From Octopus vulgaris (Eukaryota), in the NCBI GenBank assembly GCA_951406725.2, contig OX597823.1, positions 111,724,001 to 111,788,000 of the forward strand: a stretch of DNA of 64,000 nt, given 5' to 3'. The notes under the pieces are model-generated. The model was not told the DNA's origin, ran no database searches, and worked only from the letters and a program-made list of their open reading frames with translations. Below, in pieces: positions 30,247-43,899 of the stretch. Every line of letters begins with the position of its first letter. Position 1 is the first letter of the stretch. The position numbers and the translations under genes are program-made.

Positions 30247-31533
30247 CATCATCATCGTTTAACATCTGCTTTCCATGCTGGCATGGGTTGGATGGTTTGA
30301 CCGAGGACTATCAAACCTGGAGTCTGTACCAGGCTCCAATCTGATCTAGCAATGTTTCTACAGCTGGATGCCCTTACTAATGCCAACTACTCCGAGAGTG
30401 TAGTGGTTGTTTTTTTATGTGCCACCAACATGAGGGCCAATCAGGCGACACTGGCACTGGCCATGCTAGAATGGTGCTTTTTTTGAACCACCAGCATGGG
30501 AGTCAGGCAGCACTGGCATTGACTACACTTGAATGGTGCTCTTTATGTGCCACTGGCACAAGAGCCATTCAGGTGGTACTGGCATCGACCATGCTCAAAT
30601 GGTTCTTTTTACAGGCTACTGGCATGGGTGCCAGTCAGGCAGCACTAGCATCAGCCACCACGATTTCATTTGACTCAATAGGTCTTCTCAAGCACAGCAT
30701 ATCTCTAAAGCCCTCAACTGCTTGTCATTGCCTCTGTTAGGCCCAATGTTCGAAGGTCGTGCTTCACCACCTCATCCCATGTCTTCCTGGATCTACCTCT
30801 TCCACAGATTCCTTCCACTGTTAGAGATCAGCACTTCTTCACACAGCTGTCATCCATACGCAACACATAACCATACCAGCACAGCCATCTATCTTGCACA
30901 CCACATCTGATGCTTCTTACATCCAACTTTTCTCTCGAGGCACTTACACTGTTATAAATGCACAATGACATTACACATCCAGCAGAGCATACTAGCTTCA
31001 TTTCTTTCAAGCCTATGCATGTCTTCAGCAGTCACAACCCACGTTTTACTGCTGTGTAATATGGTTGTTCACATTCATGTGTCATACAGTCTACATTTCA
31101 CTCTGAGGAAGAGGCCCTTTGTTACCAGTGGAGGTAGGAGCTCCCTAAACTTTACGCAGGCTTCTTATTCTAGTAGCTACGCTCTCAGAACATCCACCAC
31201 TGCTACTGACTTGGCCACATAAGTAATGGAAGCTATCGGCTAGTTCTAGTTCTTTTCCCCCTGGAATGTGATGGAATCTGTTTTCTATACATCTTTGGTA
31301 TTTATTGTCCCTGTGCATCTGCCACACAAAAACCTATCTTCCCAGTTAACCTTCCTTTGATATTGCTGCACCTCTTATGTATCCATAGCTTACATTGGGT
31401 ACATCTTATGGAGTTTCTACCTACGCCTTTTCTACAGATTGAGCAGGGCCATCTACCTGAAGGGGTTTGTTATTTGTCTGCCCTCCTACTAAGACTTTGT
31501 TTTTTAGTCTGCTTTCCTACTTACTAAGACTTT
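30247..31533 (-). mobile_element. 5'-truncated RTE LINE (ORF end plus 3' UTR)
   Basis: WPCSICRKGVGRNSIRCTQCKLWIHKRC, DSFHYL, WYGYVLRMDDSCVKKC, (GAT)n tail. Confidence 0.85.
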
Positions 31534-31559
31534 GGTATATATATATACACGTTAAATGT

Positions 31560-31590
<31 letters not shown>

Positions 31591-31828
31591 ATATATATAT
31601 ATGACAAAATATCTTAAAAGATACCTCACAAGAGCAAAATTCACATCAGAGAATGAATCAGAATTCTCTGTAAAGGAATGTGGTGATAGCAGGTGTGGAA
31701 CATGCAACAACAACAACAGCTTCAAATAATTAGACAGTGGTTCCCACATAAAATTTAAGAGCGAACTCTCATACAAGTATACCTTGTGAGTAGATTTGGT
31801 AGACAGAAACTGAAAGAAGTCTGTCATA

Positions 31829-31935
<107 letters not shown>

Positions 31936-32155
31936 TAGTCAATTTAGGGTAGCAAAAAAAATTCAATAGAAATTTATCGCTACCAGCGGCCTAGTGGAAA
32001 AGAGAAAATAGTCAACGACTAAATATATAAATATAACAATTTAGGAGTGACCCTAACAGGTCATTCGTCCACCAGAAAGAGCAGCCATAACTCACACCGC
32101 CAAGTAGTAGTAATTCAGAAATTAGGTGAAAATTTAAAAACATTTACCCTAATTC

Positions 32156-32258
32156 ATCTTTTAGACGTTGCAACGTTTCTGTGTCATTAATGATTAAATT
32201 AGCTTAATTAAATTAAATTAAGCTAATCTACCATAGGTTACACTTCATCAGTAAAAAA
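32156..32258 (-). ncRNA. Type I hammerhead (minus-strand copy)
   Basis: Reverse complement of 32498-32599. Confidence 0.75.
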
Positions 32259-32497
32259 CCTGGGAGAGACAAATATACACGAGGCGTCTGTATCGATGCC
32301 TACGGAATATCTGTCTTAAAATTTTCAAGACTGACGTATTCGCGCCAAACTTATCAGCAGTAAATATAAACTACCGATTCAATCTCAGAATTATTCAGAA
32401 AATTATCAATTAGTCAATTTAGGGTAGCAAAAAAATTCAATAGAAATTTATCGTAGGCATCGATACAGACGCCTCGTGTATATTTGTCTCTCCCAGG

Positions 32498-32599
32498 TTT
32501 TTTACTGATGAAGTGTAACCTATGGTAGATTAGCTTAATTTAATTTAATTAAGCTAATTTAATCATTAATGACACAGAAACGTTGCAACGTCTAAAAGA
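32498..32599 (+). ncRNA. Type I hammerhead with extended stem II
   Basis: TTTTTA-CTGATGA-A-GTGT...ACAC-A-GAAA-CGTTGCAACG-TC-TAAAAG; predicted cleavage after 32592. Confidence 0.75.
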
Positions 32600-32720
32600 T
32601 GAATTAGGGTAAATGTTTTTAAATTTTCACCTAATTTCTGAATTACTACTACTTGGCGGTGTGAGTTATGGCTGCTCTTTCTGGTGGACGAATGACCTGT
32701 TAGGGTCACTCCTAAATTGT

Positions 32721-32751
<31 letters not shown>

Positions 32752-32755
32752 TTAC

Positions 32756-33066
32756 AAAATATAAATTAGAGAAAAAACCCACTGTTATGCAATTCAAACA
32801 ATGATAGACATAAACCAAATCATAAATAAAAAAAAATATATTTTTATAAAACATGTAACTAGATCACAAAAGTATAAAAATGAATAATCAATATATAATA
32901 AGTATATAATAAGTATACTTATTATATATTGATTATTCATTTTTATACTTTTGTGATCTAGTTACATGTTTTATAAAAATATATTTTATTTTTTATTCAT
33001 GATTTGGTTTATGTCTATCATTGTTTGAATTGCATAACAGTGGGTTTTTTCTCTAATTTATATTTT
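32756..33066. repeat. Near-perfect AT-rich palindrome (about 150-bp arms)
   Basis: Direct reverse-complement comparison. Confidence 0.9.
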
Positions 33067-33185
33067 ATATATTTATATTGTGAAATTTGATTTAATACTA
33101 AATTGAATTTTTCCTTGTAAGTTTGGAGTTATACTCCCTAATATTATTATTATATATATATGTGTGTGTTTGTGTGTGTGTGTGT

Positions 33186-33735
33186 CAAGCATGACCTTCA
33201 TATGTTGAGCCTCACAGAGGCTATGACAAAAGACCGAGACCTCTAAGGTATGCTGTGACTGTGACGACCCAACAAATGAAGTGAGTTCATGGCTTGCAGG
33301 ATGGCCTGCTGTGCTAACCTTGGATCGTAGAGTGACCCGTTGTTCTTGAGGAGACCTATTGAGTCAAGTACATCAACACCAACATCAAAATGAATATCAA
33401 ATGGAAATTGTAGTTAACATACCCATGCTGGTGACATGTTAAAAGCACCATCCAAACGTGGTCGATACGAGCACTACCTGACTGGCGTCCGTGTCGGTGA
33501 CAAGTAAAAACACCAACCGATCGTGGCCGTTTGCTAGCCGCCTGTGGCACGTAAAAAGCACCTACTACACTCACGAAGTGGTTGGCGTTAGGAAGGGCAT
33601 CCAGCTGTAGAAACACTACCAGGTCAGACTGGAGCCTGGTGCAGCCTCCTGGCTTCCCAGACCCCGGTCAAACCGTCCATCCAATGCTAGCATAGAAAAC
33701 GGACGTTAAACGATGATGATGATGATGATGATGAT
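33186..33735 (+). mobile_element. RTE LINE 3' end
   Basis: KHDLHMLSLTEAMTKDRDL*, 3' UTR, (GAT)n tail. Confidence 0.85.
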
Positions 33736-33744
33736 ATATATAGA

Positions 33745-33980
33745 TATATATATATGTATGTATATGCTTATGTGTCTGTGTTTGTCCCTGCAGCATCACT
33801 TGACAACTGATGTTGGTGTGTTTATGTACCCATAACTTAGCGGTTTGGCAAAAAGAGACTAATAGAACAAGTACTAGGCTTACAAAAGAATAAGTTCTGG
33901 GGTTGAGTTGTTTGACTAAAGGCGGTGCTCCAGCATGGCTGCAGTCAGATGACTGAAACAAATAAAAGAATAAAAGAATA
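33745..33980 (+). mobile_element. SINE family A, 3' half
   Basis: Similarity to other copies. Confidence 0.8.
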
Positions 33981-33999
33981 TAAATCACTATATCAACAA

Positions 34000-34268
34000 G
34001 TTTATCAGATTCTGTTATGCCTGGCTGGTCAGAATGTGCTTCCGTGTATCATCGTATCATTTCAAATGATGCCACCTCAGTGGTTAGGCATGCAGGCAAA
34101 TACTAGTCTGAACAGAATGGGAGTATCACAGGTTTACCCATTTGCAGCTGAGTGCACTGTGGCCATGTGAAATGAAGTGGTTCTCTCACACATTGCATCA
34201 CCAGTCAGCGAATCAAAACTACAAGCTTGCAATCAGGAGTGCAACACCGTAACCTATGAGCCATGCAC
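34000..34268 (-). mobile_element. Degenerate SINE related to family E
   Basis: TGCATGGCTCATAGGTTA head and CACTCAGCTGCAAATGGG core on minus strand. Confidence 0.5.
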
Positions 34269-34361
34269 CTTTACACACACACATGCATATATATATATAT
34301 ATAATCACACCTACACACATATATATATATAGGTAGGTATGTGAGTAGGCAGGGAGCTATA

Positions 34362-34395
<34 letters not shown>

Positions 34396-34510
34396 AACAG
34401 TGAGATTGATGGATGGATAGCTAGCTAGCTCAATGGATGGATGGATAGATGGATAGATAGATAGATAGATCGATAGATAGAAAGATAGATAGATAGATAG
34501 ATAGATGGAT

Positions 34511-34860
34511 ATGTTTCTTTATTAGCCACACAGGGCTGCACACAGACAGGACAAATTACAAGGTAGAGCTTTTCTTTTGGGGGTAAAAAAAGGGGTTTGG
34601 TTTTCGATCAAAAGGGATCATAAATGGAAAGAAAGAGGACAAACAAAGGGGGGGAGGTGAGGAAAAAAAAGGGAAAGGAAAAAAAATTGATCAATAGGGA
34701 TCATTATCACAGAAGTGTCAATATGATGTGTAAAGGGGAGGACAGGTGAGGTTTACCCATGGAAAGAAAAGCCTACGGAAAAGACCACTGTAACCTCGGT
34801 CAACGAAGTCACATGTTATATTTCTATTTTTCTTTTTTGTAAATAAGCAACTCTCTGTAT
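34511..34860 (-). mobile_element. LINE-like 3' UTR inserted in (GATA)n
   Basis: Minus strand ends GCCCTGTGTGGCTAATAAAGAAAC; GATA tracts on both sides. Confidence 0.55.
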
Positions 34861-34865
34861 TAATT

Positions 34866-34983
<118 letters not shown>

Positions 34984-35974
34984 TGCTTTTATTTAATGCC
35001 ATGTATCACTACAAAGCTGGAAATGCTGTGCTGTAATGGAAGATGGAGTGGGGACACCAGTGTTTCACTGGTGAACATAAGGCCATATGAGCCACGTATA
35101 AGGGCCTATAATTTAAACAGAAAAAAAAGGGTATTTTTGGAAAATGAAGAAATGATTATTATTATTTTTAAGCTATTGAAGAATGGAATGAAGGAAGAAT
35201 AGTGATTGCAAATGATAATGCAGAGGTCTGTGGAAGATGAAGGAGAAGGGAGAAGAAGAAGAGCAAAGGAGAGTAAGGGAATGAGAAGAAAGAGAAGGAG
35301 AAGTTAGACAGGGGTGAGAGAAGGAAAGAGCAATAGGGGAGAGACAGAGAGTGTGTATGAGAGAGAGAGAGAGTTGGTTTCATTAACTCTCTCCACTTTG
35401 ATCTCTATGTAGTATCTTCTGTCCCTGCCCCCTTCTCCTCATATCATAATTAACAGAGACCTTCTCATTAATACCTCTGAGGATGGGTGGTGGTGGTGGT
35501 GGTGGTGGTGGGAGCTGTGCATGTTATGAAGCGGGGGGTGGGCGTTCGCGTGCAGGCCTAGGCAAGAGAGTTATAGAGTAATGACACATCATAATTAAAC
35601 ACCCAACCCACTTCTGCGTCACCACTAAACCTCCAGCCTGTCCCACCACCAACAACAACAACAATAGCAACAAGACCACTACCCCTAGCACCACCCTCAC
35701 CTTCTACATTCCACTGTTATTGTTTATCTTGAGGTGAGCTCTGAATGAGAAGATGTATGGCCAAAGGCCTTCCCTCTGTGACCATCCTGTCTTATTTAAA
35801 TCAGGCAGTGTTTTCTAAGACTGTATCTTTCAATATGTCCTTTTTTTTCTTAAGATGGCTGTAAGTGATATGAGGGAGATATGGCTGCTATTTTTAAGGG
35901 GCTGAACAGCCATGTTTGAGTCTGTCTATTGCCAATGGGAGTGAGGGGGATGCCTTGAAGTTATAGTCTTAGCC

Positions 35975-36006
<32 letters not shown>

Positions 36007-36720
36007 GGTGGTGGTGGTGGTGGTGGTGGTGTTGGTCATAGTGTTAGCTGTGGTAGAGATGGTGGCAGTCTTTGAAGGCTTTGTGATGGTTATGGTGATG
36101 GTAGTAGTACTGTTGATTGTGGTGGTGGTGATGGTAGTGGTGGTGGTGGTGGTGGTGGTGGTGGTGGTAGTAGTAGTAGTGTGGTGGTGGTGGTGGTGGT
36201 GGTGGTGGTGGTGGTGGTGGTGGTGGTGGTGGTGGTGGTGGTGGTGGTGGTGGTGGTGGTGGTGGTGACGGTGGTGGTGGTAGTGGTGGTGGTGGTTGTG
36301 GTGGTGGTGGTGGTGGCAATGGTTGTGGTTGTGGTGGTGGTGGTGGTAGTGGTGGTGGTGATGGCAGTGGTGGTGGTGGTGGTGGTGGTGGTAGTGGTGG
36401 TGGTGGTGGTGGTGGTGGTTGTGGTGATGGTGGTGACGGTGGTGGTGGTGGTGGTGGTGGTGGTGGTGGTGGTGGTGGTGGTGGTGGTGGTGGTGGTGGT
36501 GGTGTGGTGACGGTGGTGGTGGTAGTGGTGGTGGTGTTTGTGGTGGTGGTGGTGGTGGTGGTGGTGGCAATGGTTGTGGTGGTGGTGGTGGTAGTGGTGG
36601 TGGTGATGGCAGTGGTGGTGGTGTTGGCGGTGGTGATGGTGGTGGCAGTGGTATTATAAGGTTTATATATTGGTAGCTATAGTATTGTTGATGGTGTGGT
36701 GGTGGTGGTGGTGGTGGTGG
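35975..36720. repeat. (GGT)n microsatellite field
   Basis: Direct reading. Confidence 0.97.
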
Positions 36721-37654
36721 AAGTGTTCCTGATCAGAGTGCAGCCATGGTGATGGTGGTGGTGTCGGGGGGGGGTGACTTAGAAAGGGGGATGGTTCTAT
36801 TGTCAGAAGATGGATACTGATGGTGGGGTAAGCACAAAGTGGGATTGGTGGATGTGCAATCTCCCTCCTTCTGCTCTGTTGACAATTGGGCCTGAAGGGG
36901 TGTGGTTAGGGAACTGGTAGGGGTTGCAGGAATCCATGTGGTTTAGGGGCCTGCGGTGGCAGCAGAGATTGTAATTTTCAGAACGGGTGGGTAAGTTTGT
37001 CAAATCCATGAATCGTGAATGACATGGATGCATACGGACACTGGGGCAGGGTGGCACGAGGGTAGGGGTGGCGGGTGGTGGGGCGGGGTGGGGTGGAAGG
37101 ATAGAACAATGAAGGGTAGGGGATGTGGGGTGCGGAGGGTGTTGGGGAGGGGGTTATAACAGAGGTGACAAATACAGGGTGGTGGGATCTAATGAAGAAG
37201 GATAGATTGCTGAAGGGGTGGGGGTACTGAATGGGAAGGGTGAGGGTTAAGGGGTAAGAAAAAGCAATTGGTGGGGAGTGACAGGGTGTGGGGGAGAAGG
37301 ATGGGTTGGTGAAAGGGTGAGTTTGAGTGAGGGGGGAGAAGTAAGGGGTGAGTTTGGGTGAGAAGGGTTGAGGGGTGACTTTGAAGGCAGGTGGGGTGAG
37401 GAGGGGTGAGGGTGTAACAGGGAGGAGATATAACAGGTAGTGGTGGGGGTGATGGTGTGTCAGGGATAAAGCAGAATGAACTCAAGAGAGGAAAATGAAG
37501 TGTCATGAATGTGTGTGTATGTTATATGCACCTTCATACTTGTATAAGTGTGCGTTTGTGTGTGTTTGTATGTGTGTATGTGTGTGAGTATGTGTGCATG
37601 TGTGTGTATCACATGATATGTAAATAAGCTGAGTACTAGTAGAGGAATGGGGTG

Positions 37655-37690
<36 letters not shown>

Positions 37691-37904
37691 GAGGAAGAGT
37701 CACTGCTTAATTAATCTGGGATGCACAATTAAATATGGAAGGAGTGTCGTTTGATACTTGCTTCACCCTCCATCCCCATTCCCTCCCACTAGAATCTTAG
37801 AACATGTCCACCCAATACATATATACCAATACCAAAACATGCAAGCAACCACTCACACACACATACACACACACACACTCACTCATTCACACACACACTC
37901 ACGC

Positions 37905-38195
37905 ATACACACATGGACACATACTCTCATTCACACATACACATACACATATGTGCACACTCACATGCACACATGTACACATACTCTCATTCACTCATTC
38001 ATTTACACATACGCACACACACATATGTGCACACTCACATACACACATGTACACATACTCTTATTCACACATATGCACACACACATATGTGCACACTCAC
38101 ATACACACATGTACACATACTCTTATTCACACATATGCACACACACATATGTGCACACTCACATACACTCATGTACACATACTCTCATGCACTCA
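37905..38195. repeat. About 62-bp minisatellite built from CA-rich sequence
   Basis: ACACATGTACACATACTCTTATTCACACATATGCAC... repeats with period 62. Confidence 0.8.
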
Positions 38196-39057
38196 CATCC
38201 ACAAACATTTTACACATAGCAAGCGTGGCTATGTGGTTAAAATGCTTGTTTCCCAATCATTTCATCCTGTGTTCAATTCCAGAGGATGATAACCCTGACA
38301 AGTACCTTCAGGTTGACCCAAACCTTCTAAGTGATGATCTCTGCTACATTTACCATTCGTGGTCTTTGGTGTCACTGAATTTAACACAACATCTTAGGCC
38401 TTGGACATATTTAACAAACTCCCAATAGGTTAGTGACTCTCTTAATTTCCCCTTCTTGTTTGATACCATCTTTAGGGCCTTGGGTATTTTAGCAATGACA
38501 GCTCTGATGCCAGTTGCTGTGTTAATCTCCTGCCTAAAGATAATTCTAAATCCTTAAACTCAAGTGTTACAGATTCTCTTTCACTTACCCTCGCTACTCA
38601 CAAAGAAGAAAGGCATATTTTTTTCCTTATGTGAATGCATATGAGAGTGCAAACACACGCATGCACGCACACACATATACACATAGACACACACACACAG
38701 AGTCCAAGGCTTTATTTGAAAGTGCTTGCTCAAGGTGCCACACAATGGGACTGAACCCAAAATCATGTGGCTGGGAAGCAACCATCTTACTACAAAGCAA
38801 TATGTTTCAGCCGTAAGGTTGTGGCCATGCTGGGGCACCACCAGTATATATATATATATATACTTCATAACCAGCTGATCTAGCAAGTGGGGCCTCATAT
38901 CAGTGAGGGGGGCCGGTGCGCATTGATGCCGTCGAGAGGTAGGCCCCGAAACGGCACACATTCTCTCCTGATGACCCCATACACTTGCTGGCTTCCGGTA
39001 TACGGAGCTTTTGACTGGTAGCACTTGCATGTGCAAGTTGTTTGCAAGACATCTATA

Positions 39058-39116
<59 letters not shown>

Positions 39117-39123
<7 letters not shown>

Positions 39124-39286
39124 ATTAGAAAAAAAAAACACTTTTTATCAATTCAATAAGGAAAAATTAACTTATACCATTTAGAAAAATTACATATAGA
39201 AATATATTACATTTTGTGAAATTTGATTTAGTATTTCTAAATTGAATTTTTCCCTGTAAGTTTGGAATAATATTCCCTCATATTAC

Positions 39287-39348
<62 letters not shown>

Positions 39349-39910
39349 TTAAGGGTAGAAATTGATATTTATCAATTAAGACCAGTGGTCTAGCATATTA
39401 AAAAAAGAATCCGAAGATTAAAATATTTATATATACCAATTAAGGACTGAACACGAAAAGTGGACAGTCAACATGCTAGATATAGACATCAAATCGCCAT
39501 TCACCACAAAAGATTATGTTCTCAGATCAAACTCAACACAAAACCATAGCAATAAACAAGTGAAAAATATATATTCGTATATTTTTCCCTTGTTTATTGC
39601 TATGGCTTTGTGTTGAGTTTGATCTGAGAACATAATCTTTTGTGGTGAATGGCGATTTATGTCTATATCTAGCATGTTGACTGTCCACTTTTCGTGTTCA
39701 ATCCTTCATTGGTATATATATATATATATATATATATTATAAATTAGAAAAAAAAAACACCTTTTATCAATTCAATAAGGAAAAATTAACTTATACCATT
39801 TAGAAAAATTACATATAGAAATATATTACATTTTGTGAAATTTGATTTAGTATTTCTAAATTGAATTTTTCCCTGTAAGTTTGGAATAATATTCCCTCAT
39901 ATTACTACTT
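39117..39910. repeat. About 175-bp direct repeats (39117-39290, 39736-39910) enclosing a palindrome (39430-39718)
   Basis: Direct comparison; modules separated by TA tracts. Confidence 0.88.
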
Positions 39911-40404
39911 TATATATATATATATATTTAATTCAAATTAGCAATCAGTTCAAATAAACGAATGCTGAACTTAACAGAAAACAAGAGAACATACACAAGG
40001 AATGTATTTGTTCGATGCTTGGTAAAAAGAGAGAGTTTGATGCTTCAAGCATAGCTCTTTGTCGGAAAGGAGAAAAGGAAATTACCAACAGCACATGTAT
40101 AGTTACATTGCTGCATGTATGTATGCTACATTTGAAACATGCACACATGTATTTAATATTTCTGTTGAATCACCAAAAATGCAATAATTTATAAAACTCT
40201 AAAACCTATTCCTTAATATATTTTAACTAAGTAGTTCTAAAATGCCAGAGCTATGAGTTACATGTTTCTGCTCTTTCAGCTGTCAATCTGAACCTGTTGC
40301 CTCTTAAATCACTGGATATTTAAATGTATTTTAAAATATTATTTGAATACTGTTGAGAAACACTTACCTTGATATTTTTTTAAAAATCATGCAAGCATTA
40401 TTCA

Positions 40405-40452
<48 letters not shown>

Positions 40453-40544
40453 GCTGTTTTAAGATGTCATCTTCCCTTTTCTATCTTTTCTACCTTTTCT
40501 ACCTTTTCTACCTGGCTCATTTGGGAATGCAAAAATAATCCAAA

Positions 40545-40960
40545 GGTCATCATGCTTTACATTTATCATTGCGTGCAGAATCCATATGTTCTGCGAAGGA
40601 GATCATTCTAGAAGCTATTCTCGTGAAATTCCATTACTATTTCAACAATTTTTTTTGAAAATATCTACTCCAAGACAAACACTTTTCTGCTGGACCAGGT
40701 TGAAAATCAAGAATGTTGGTGCTTACACGTAATGTGTTTAGCTGCATTAATGCAAGGTGCTAACAATTCCATTCTCTTGTTGAAACCATTACTGTCTTGA
40801 AACAAAATTCTTATTTTTCTTTTATTCAAACACCACACTACAGCTTTGATTTAAAGTTACACTAAAACCATTCAAGAGATCTTGACTTCATGAGGTCTTC
40901 TCTTACCTAAGAACCATATTAATTTCAACAAAGCTCTAGCATATTTCTGCATCATGGCTG
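40545..40960 (+). pseudogene. Possible degraded hAT-type transposase remnant
   Basis: HHALHLSL...KFHYYFNN...STPRQTLF resembles the CxxHxLxL...YxFF..S.KR pattern; weak. Confidence 0.25.
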
Positions 40961-41584
40961 ACAATATAATACTAACTCTTTTAAACGTCATTACATAGTT
41001 TGGTTCATCATTGTTATTTATTTCTGCTTAAGCATTAATTATTTCTGACTTTGACAAACAATTTCCATGAACATACACCATCTCTTGCCTGATGGTGCTT
41101 ACTTATTTCATTTATTATGTTATACTACATTATAAACTCTAATATAACATCCCAAATAACTAACCATAACACAGTTCCTATTTGATAGTTTAAACTTTTT
41201 CCTGGATCTGTAGCAGAAGATGCTTACCCAAAGTGTCGTGCAGTGGGACTAATCCAAAGCCAAGTGGTTGCATGGCATTCTCTTCCCCACATAACTATGT
41301 CTGTGTTTATATGCATGCACGCATGCAAGCATGTATGTATGAATTTATGTATGTATGTATGTATGTATGTATGTACGTATGTATGTATGTATGTATGTAT
41401 GTATGTATGTATATATGTATGTATGAATTATGTATGTGTGTATGTATGTATGTATGAATTATGTATGTATGTATGTATGTATGTATGAATTATGTATGTA
41501 TGTATGTATATATGTATGTATGTATGAATTTATGTATGTATGTATGTATGTATGTATGTATGTATGTATGTATGTATGTATGTA

Positions 41585-41626
<42 letters not shown>

Positions 41627-41712
41627 GGTCCCGGGTTGAGTTGGGGTTAACCACAGTAAATAAGGTACTCAATACATAGCAGAGTAAATTAATTTAATTT
41701 ATTTTCTTCTAT

Positions 41713-41754
<42 letters not shown>

Positions 41755-41776
41755 AATATACATATATATATATATA

Positions 41777-41975
41777 GTTAATCCAAACATGAAAAGACAA
41801 AGAGAAAATACAACAACACGAGGACATGGAACAAGTATAGTGTTATTGGACACTCAGGAAAGGAAAGAAAGAAGGAGGATTTAATGTTTCGAGTGGAGCT
41901 CTTCGTCAGAAATATATAAAATAGGAAAACTCCAAGGAAGGGAAGATGGAGGAAGAAAAATCGCCAACGATACAC
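41777..41975 (-). mobile_element. PLE-terminus-like repeat (same family as 45613-45822)
   Basis: Reverse complement match; ends in a TA tract. Confidence 0.8.
41879..41913 (-). ncRNA. Minimal type I hammerhead
   Basis: ATTT-CTGACGA-A-GAG(ctcca)CTC-GAAA-CA-TT-AAAT. Confidence 0.6.
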
Positions 41976-42084
41976 ATGCAGTTACATATTGAATGACCAG
42001 AAGGGATTGGGTGAGGAAAAAGCTCTTTCAAAGACAGGAGAATACAAGAGAAGGAGGTATGTGTGGATATGTGCATGCACGCAG

Positions 42085-42119
<35 letters not shown>

Positions 42120-42142
42120 GATAGCATGTGTGTCTCTGTGTC

Positions 42143-42184
<42 letters not shown>

Positions 42185-42185
<1 letters not shown>

Positions 42186-43397
42186 TAGGTTGTTTCACAT
42201 GAAATGTCGCATTTTTAATTACTTGTTATTTCAGTCATTTAAAAAACTCAATTATGTATACCTTGCATTTAATCTTGACTCTTTTTCTTTCCCAACGATA
42301 CACAATTCGTACCCACAGACCTTATGAAAATGATAACAACCAAACTATGTTGAGTGATTTTCTCATTTGAGTACAAACTGGTTCACTCTGCTGCAGAAGC
42401 TCTACAGAATATCAAGCGGGCCTTTGGTTATAGTTTTGTTGATATCAGAGCTGTTCAGAGATGGTTCCAAAGCTCTCATTCAGGAGATGATAGCCTTGGA
42501 AATAAACCAGGGGGTAGGCCAAAATCAGTTATTCGGCACGATGGAATAAATACTTTGGTTGAACAAAATCCAAGAACAAAGGTTCGAAAACTTTCATTAA
42601 AACTCCCAGCAGTTTTTGGACATTTGTAAAAATTGGGAAAGTCAAGAAAACAGATAGGTTTGTTCCACATCAACTGAGCAAGATTCAAAAACACAGATGC
42701 CTCGAAGTGTGCTCCTTGTTTTCTCAACTGGAAAAGACCATTTTTGCATCAAATCATTACTTATGATGAAAAGTGGATACTCTTTGACAACAGGAGAACA
42801 GGACAGTGATTAGATGCAGGAGAGTCACCTAAGCACTGCCTAGACCCACCATTGCATCCTAAAAAGTTAGTGGTCAATGTATAGTGGTCTGCAAAGGGAG
42901 TTATTCCTTATTCATTTTTGCAACAAGGAAAAACAGTAACAGCAACATCTTATTGCCAAGAAATTGATTGTATGCAAGAGAATTTGAAAAAAAGAAGCAG
43001 CCCAGACTAGTGAATAGAGGTGGCCCAATTTTGCTCCACAATGATGCACTCCTCAAGTTACGGTCCAAAAGTTGCAAAGCCTGAATTATGAGATTTTGCA
43101 ACATCCTCCCTATTCTCCAGATATCTCTCCTCCTGATCATCACTTATTTAAGCATTTTGGGCTTTTCATAAGCAATAAAACATTCTTAATAGAGAAGAGG
43201 TAATTGAAGTATTCAGACAGTTTATCACAGCAAAAAACGAATTTTTTTTTTTTTTAAAGATGGAATATTATATAACATAGGGAAACATTGGGTAAACGTC
43301 ATAAATGAACATTTGATTAAATAAATCAGTTCCCTAACACTTCTGAAAAATTTTATTGATACTTTTCAGATACAACATTTCATGTGAAGCAACCTAA
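42185..43397 (+). mobile_element. Full-length defective mariner transposon
   Basis: TIRs TTAGGTTGTTTCACATGAAATG / CATTTCATGTGAAGCAACCTAA; motifs VQRWF, GRP, FVPHQL, DEKWILFDN, HPPYSPDISP. Confidence 0.92.
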
Positions 43398-43463
43398 GAT
43401 AAATTCCTCTATTTACATAATATCGAGGTCTCTTTCATTCTTTTGTTGTCTTACATTTTAATC

Positions 43464-43510
<47 letters not shown>

Positions 43511-43571
43511 ATTATTATATATCCCTCATATTATCATTATTATCATATATATTATATCTATCTATCTGTAT

Positions 43572-43606
<35 letters not shown>

Positions 43607-43899
43607 CATATTATTATTATATATATATGTGTGTGTGTGTGTGCATGTAAAATTATTAAGGTGGCTAGATGTGAATTAAAACCAAAAAGCAAAATTCCAT
43701 TGTCACTAAAAGTGACAAGGGTGCAACTCTTCACCAGCATTGCTAGAAATAAGAGTCCAAGAACTCTTACCCATGAACAGAACACAGTTTCTATTCACTG
43801 ACAAGGGAGGCAACTTCTCACAGCAAGTGAGGGCAATTTTGGATAGAATTAATCCTCATTGGTGACATACATCCACATATCTACAAGTTTTTGATGACA

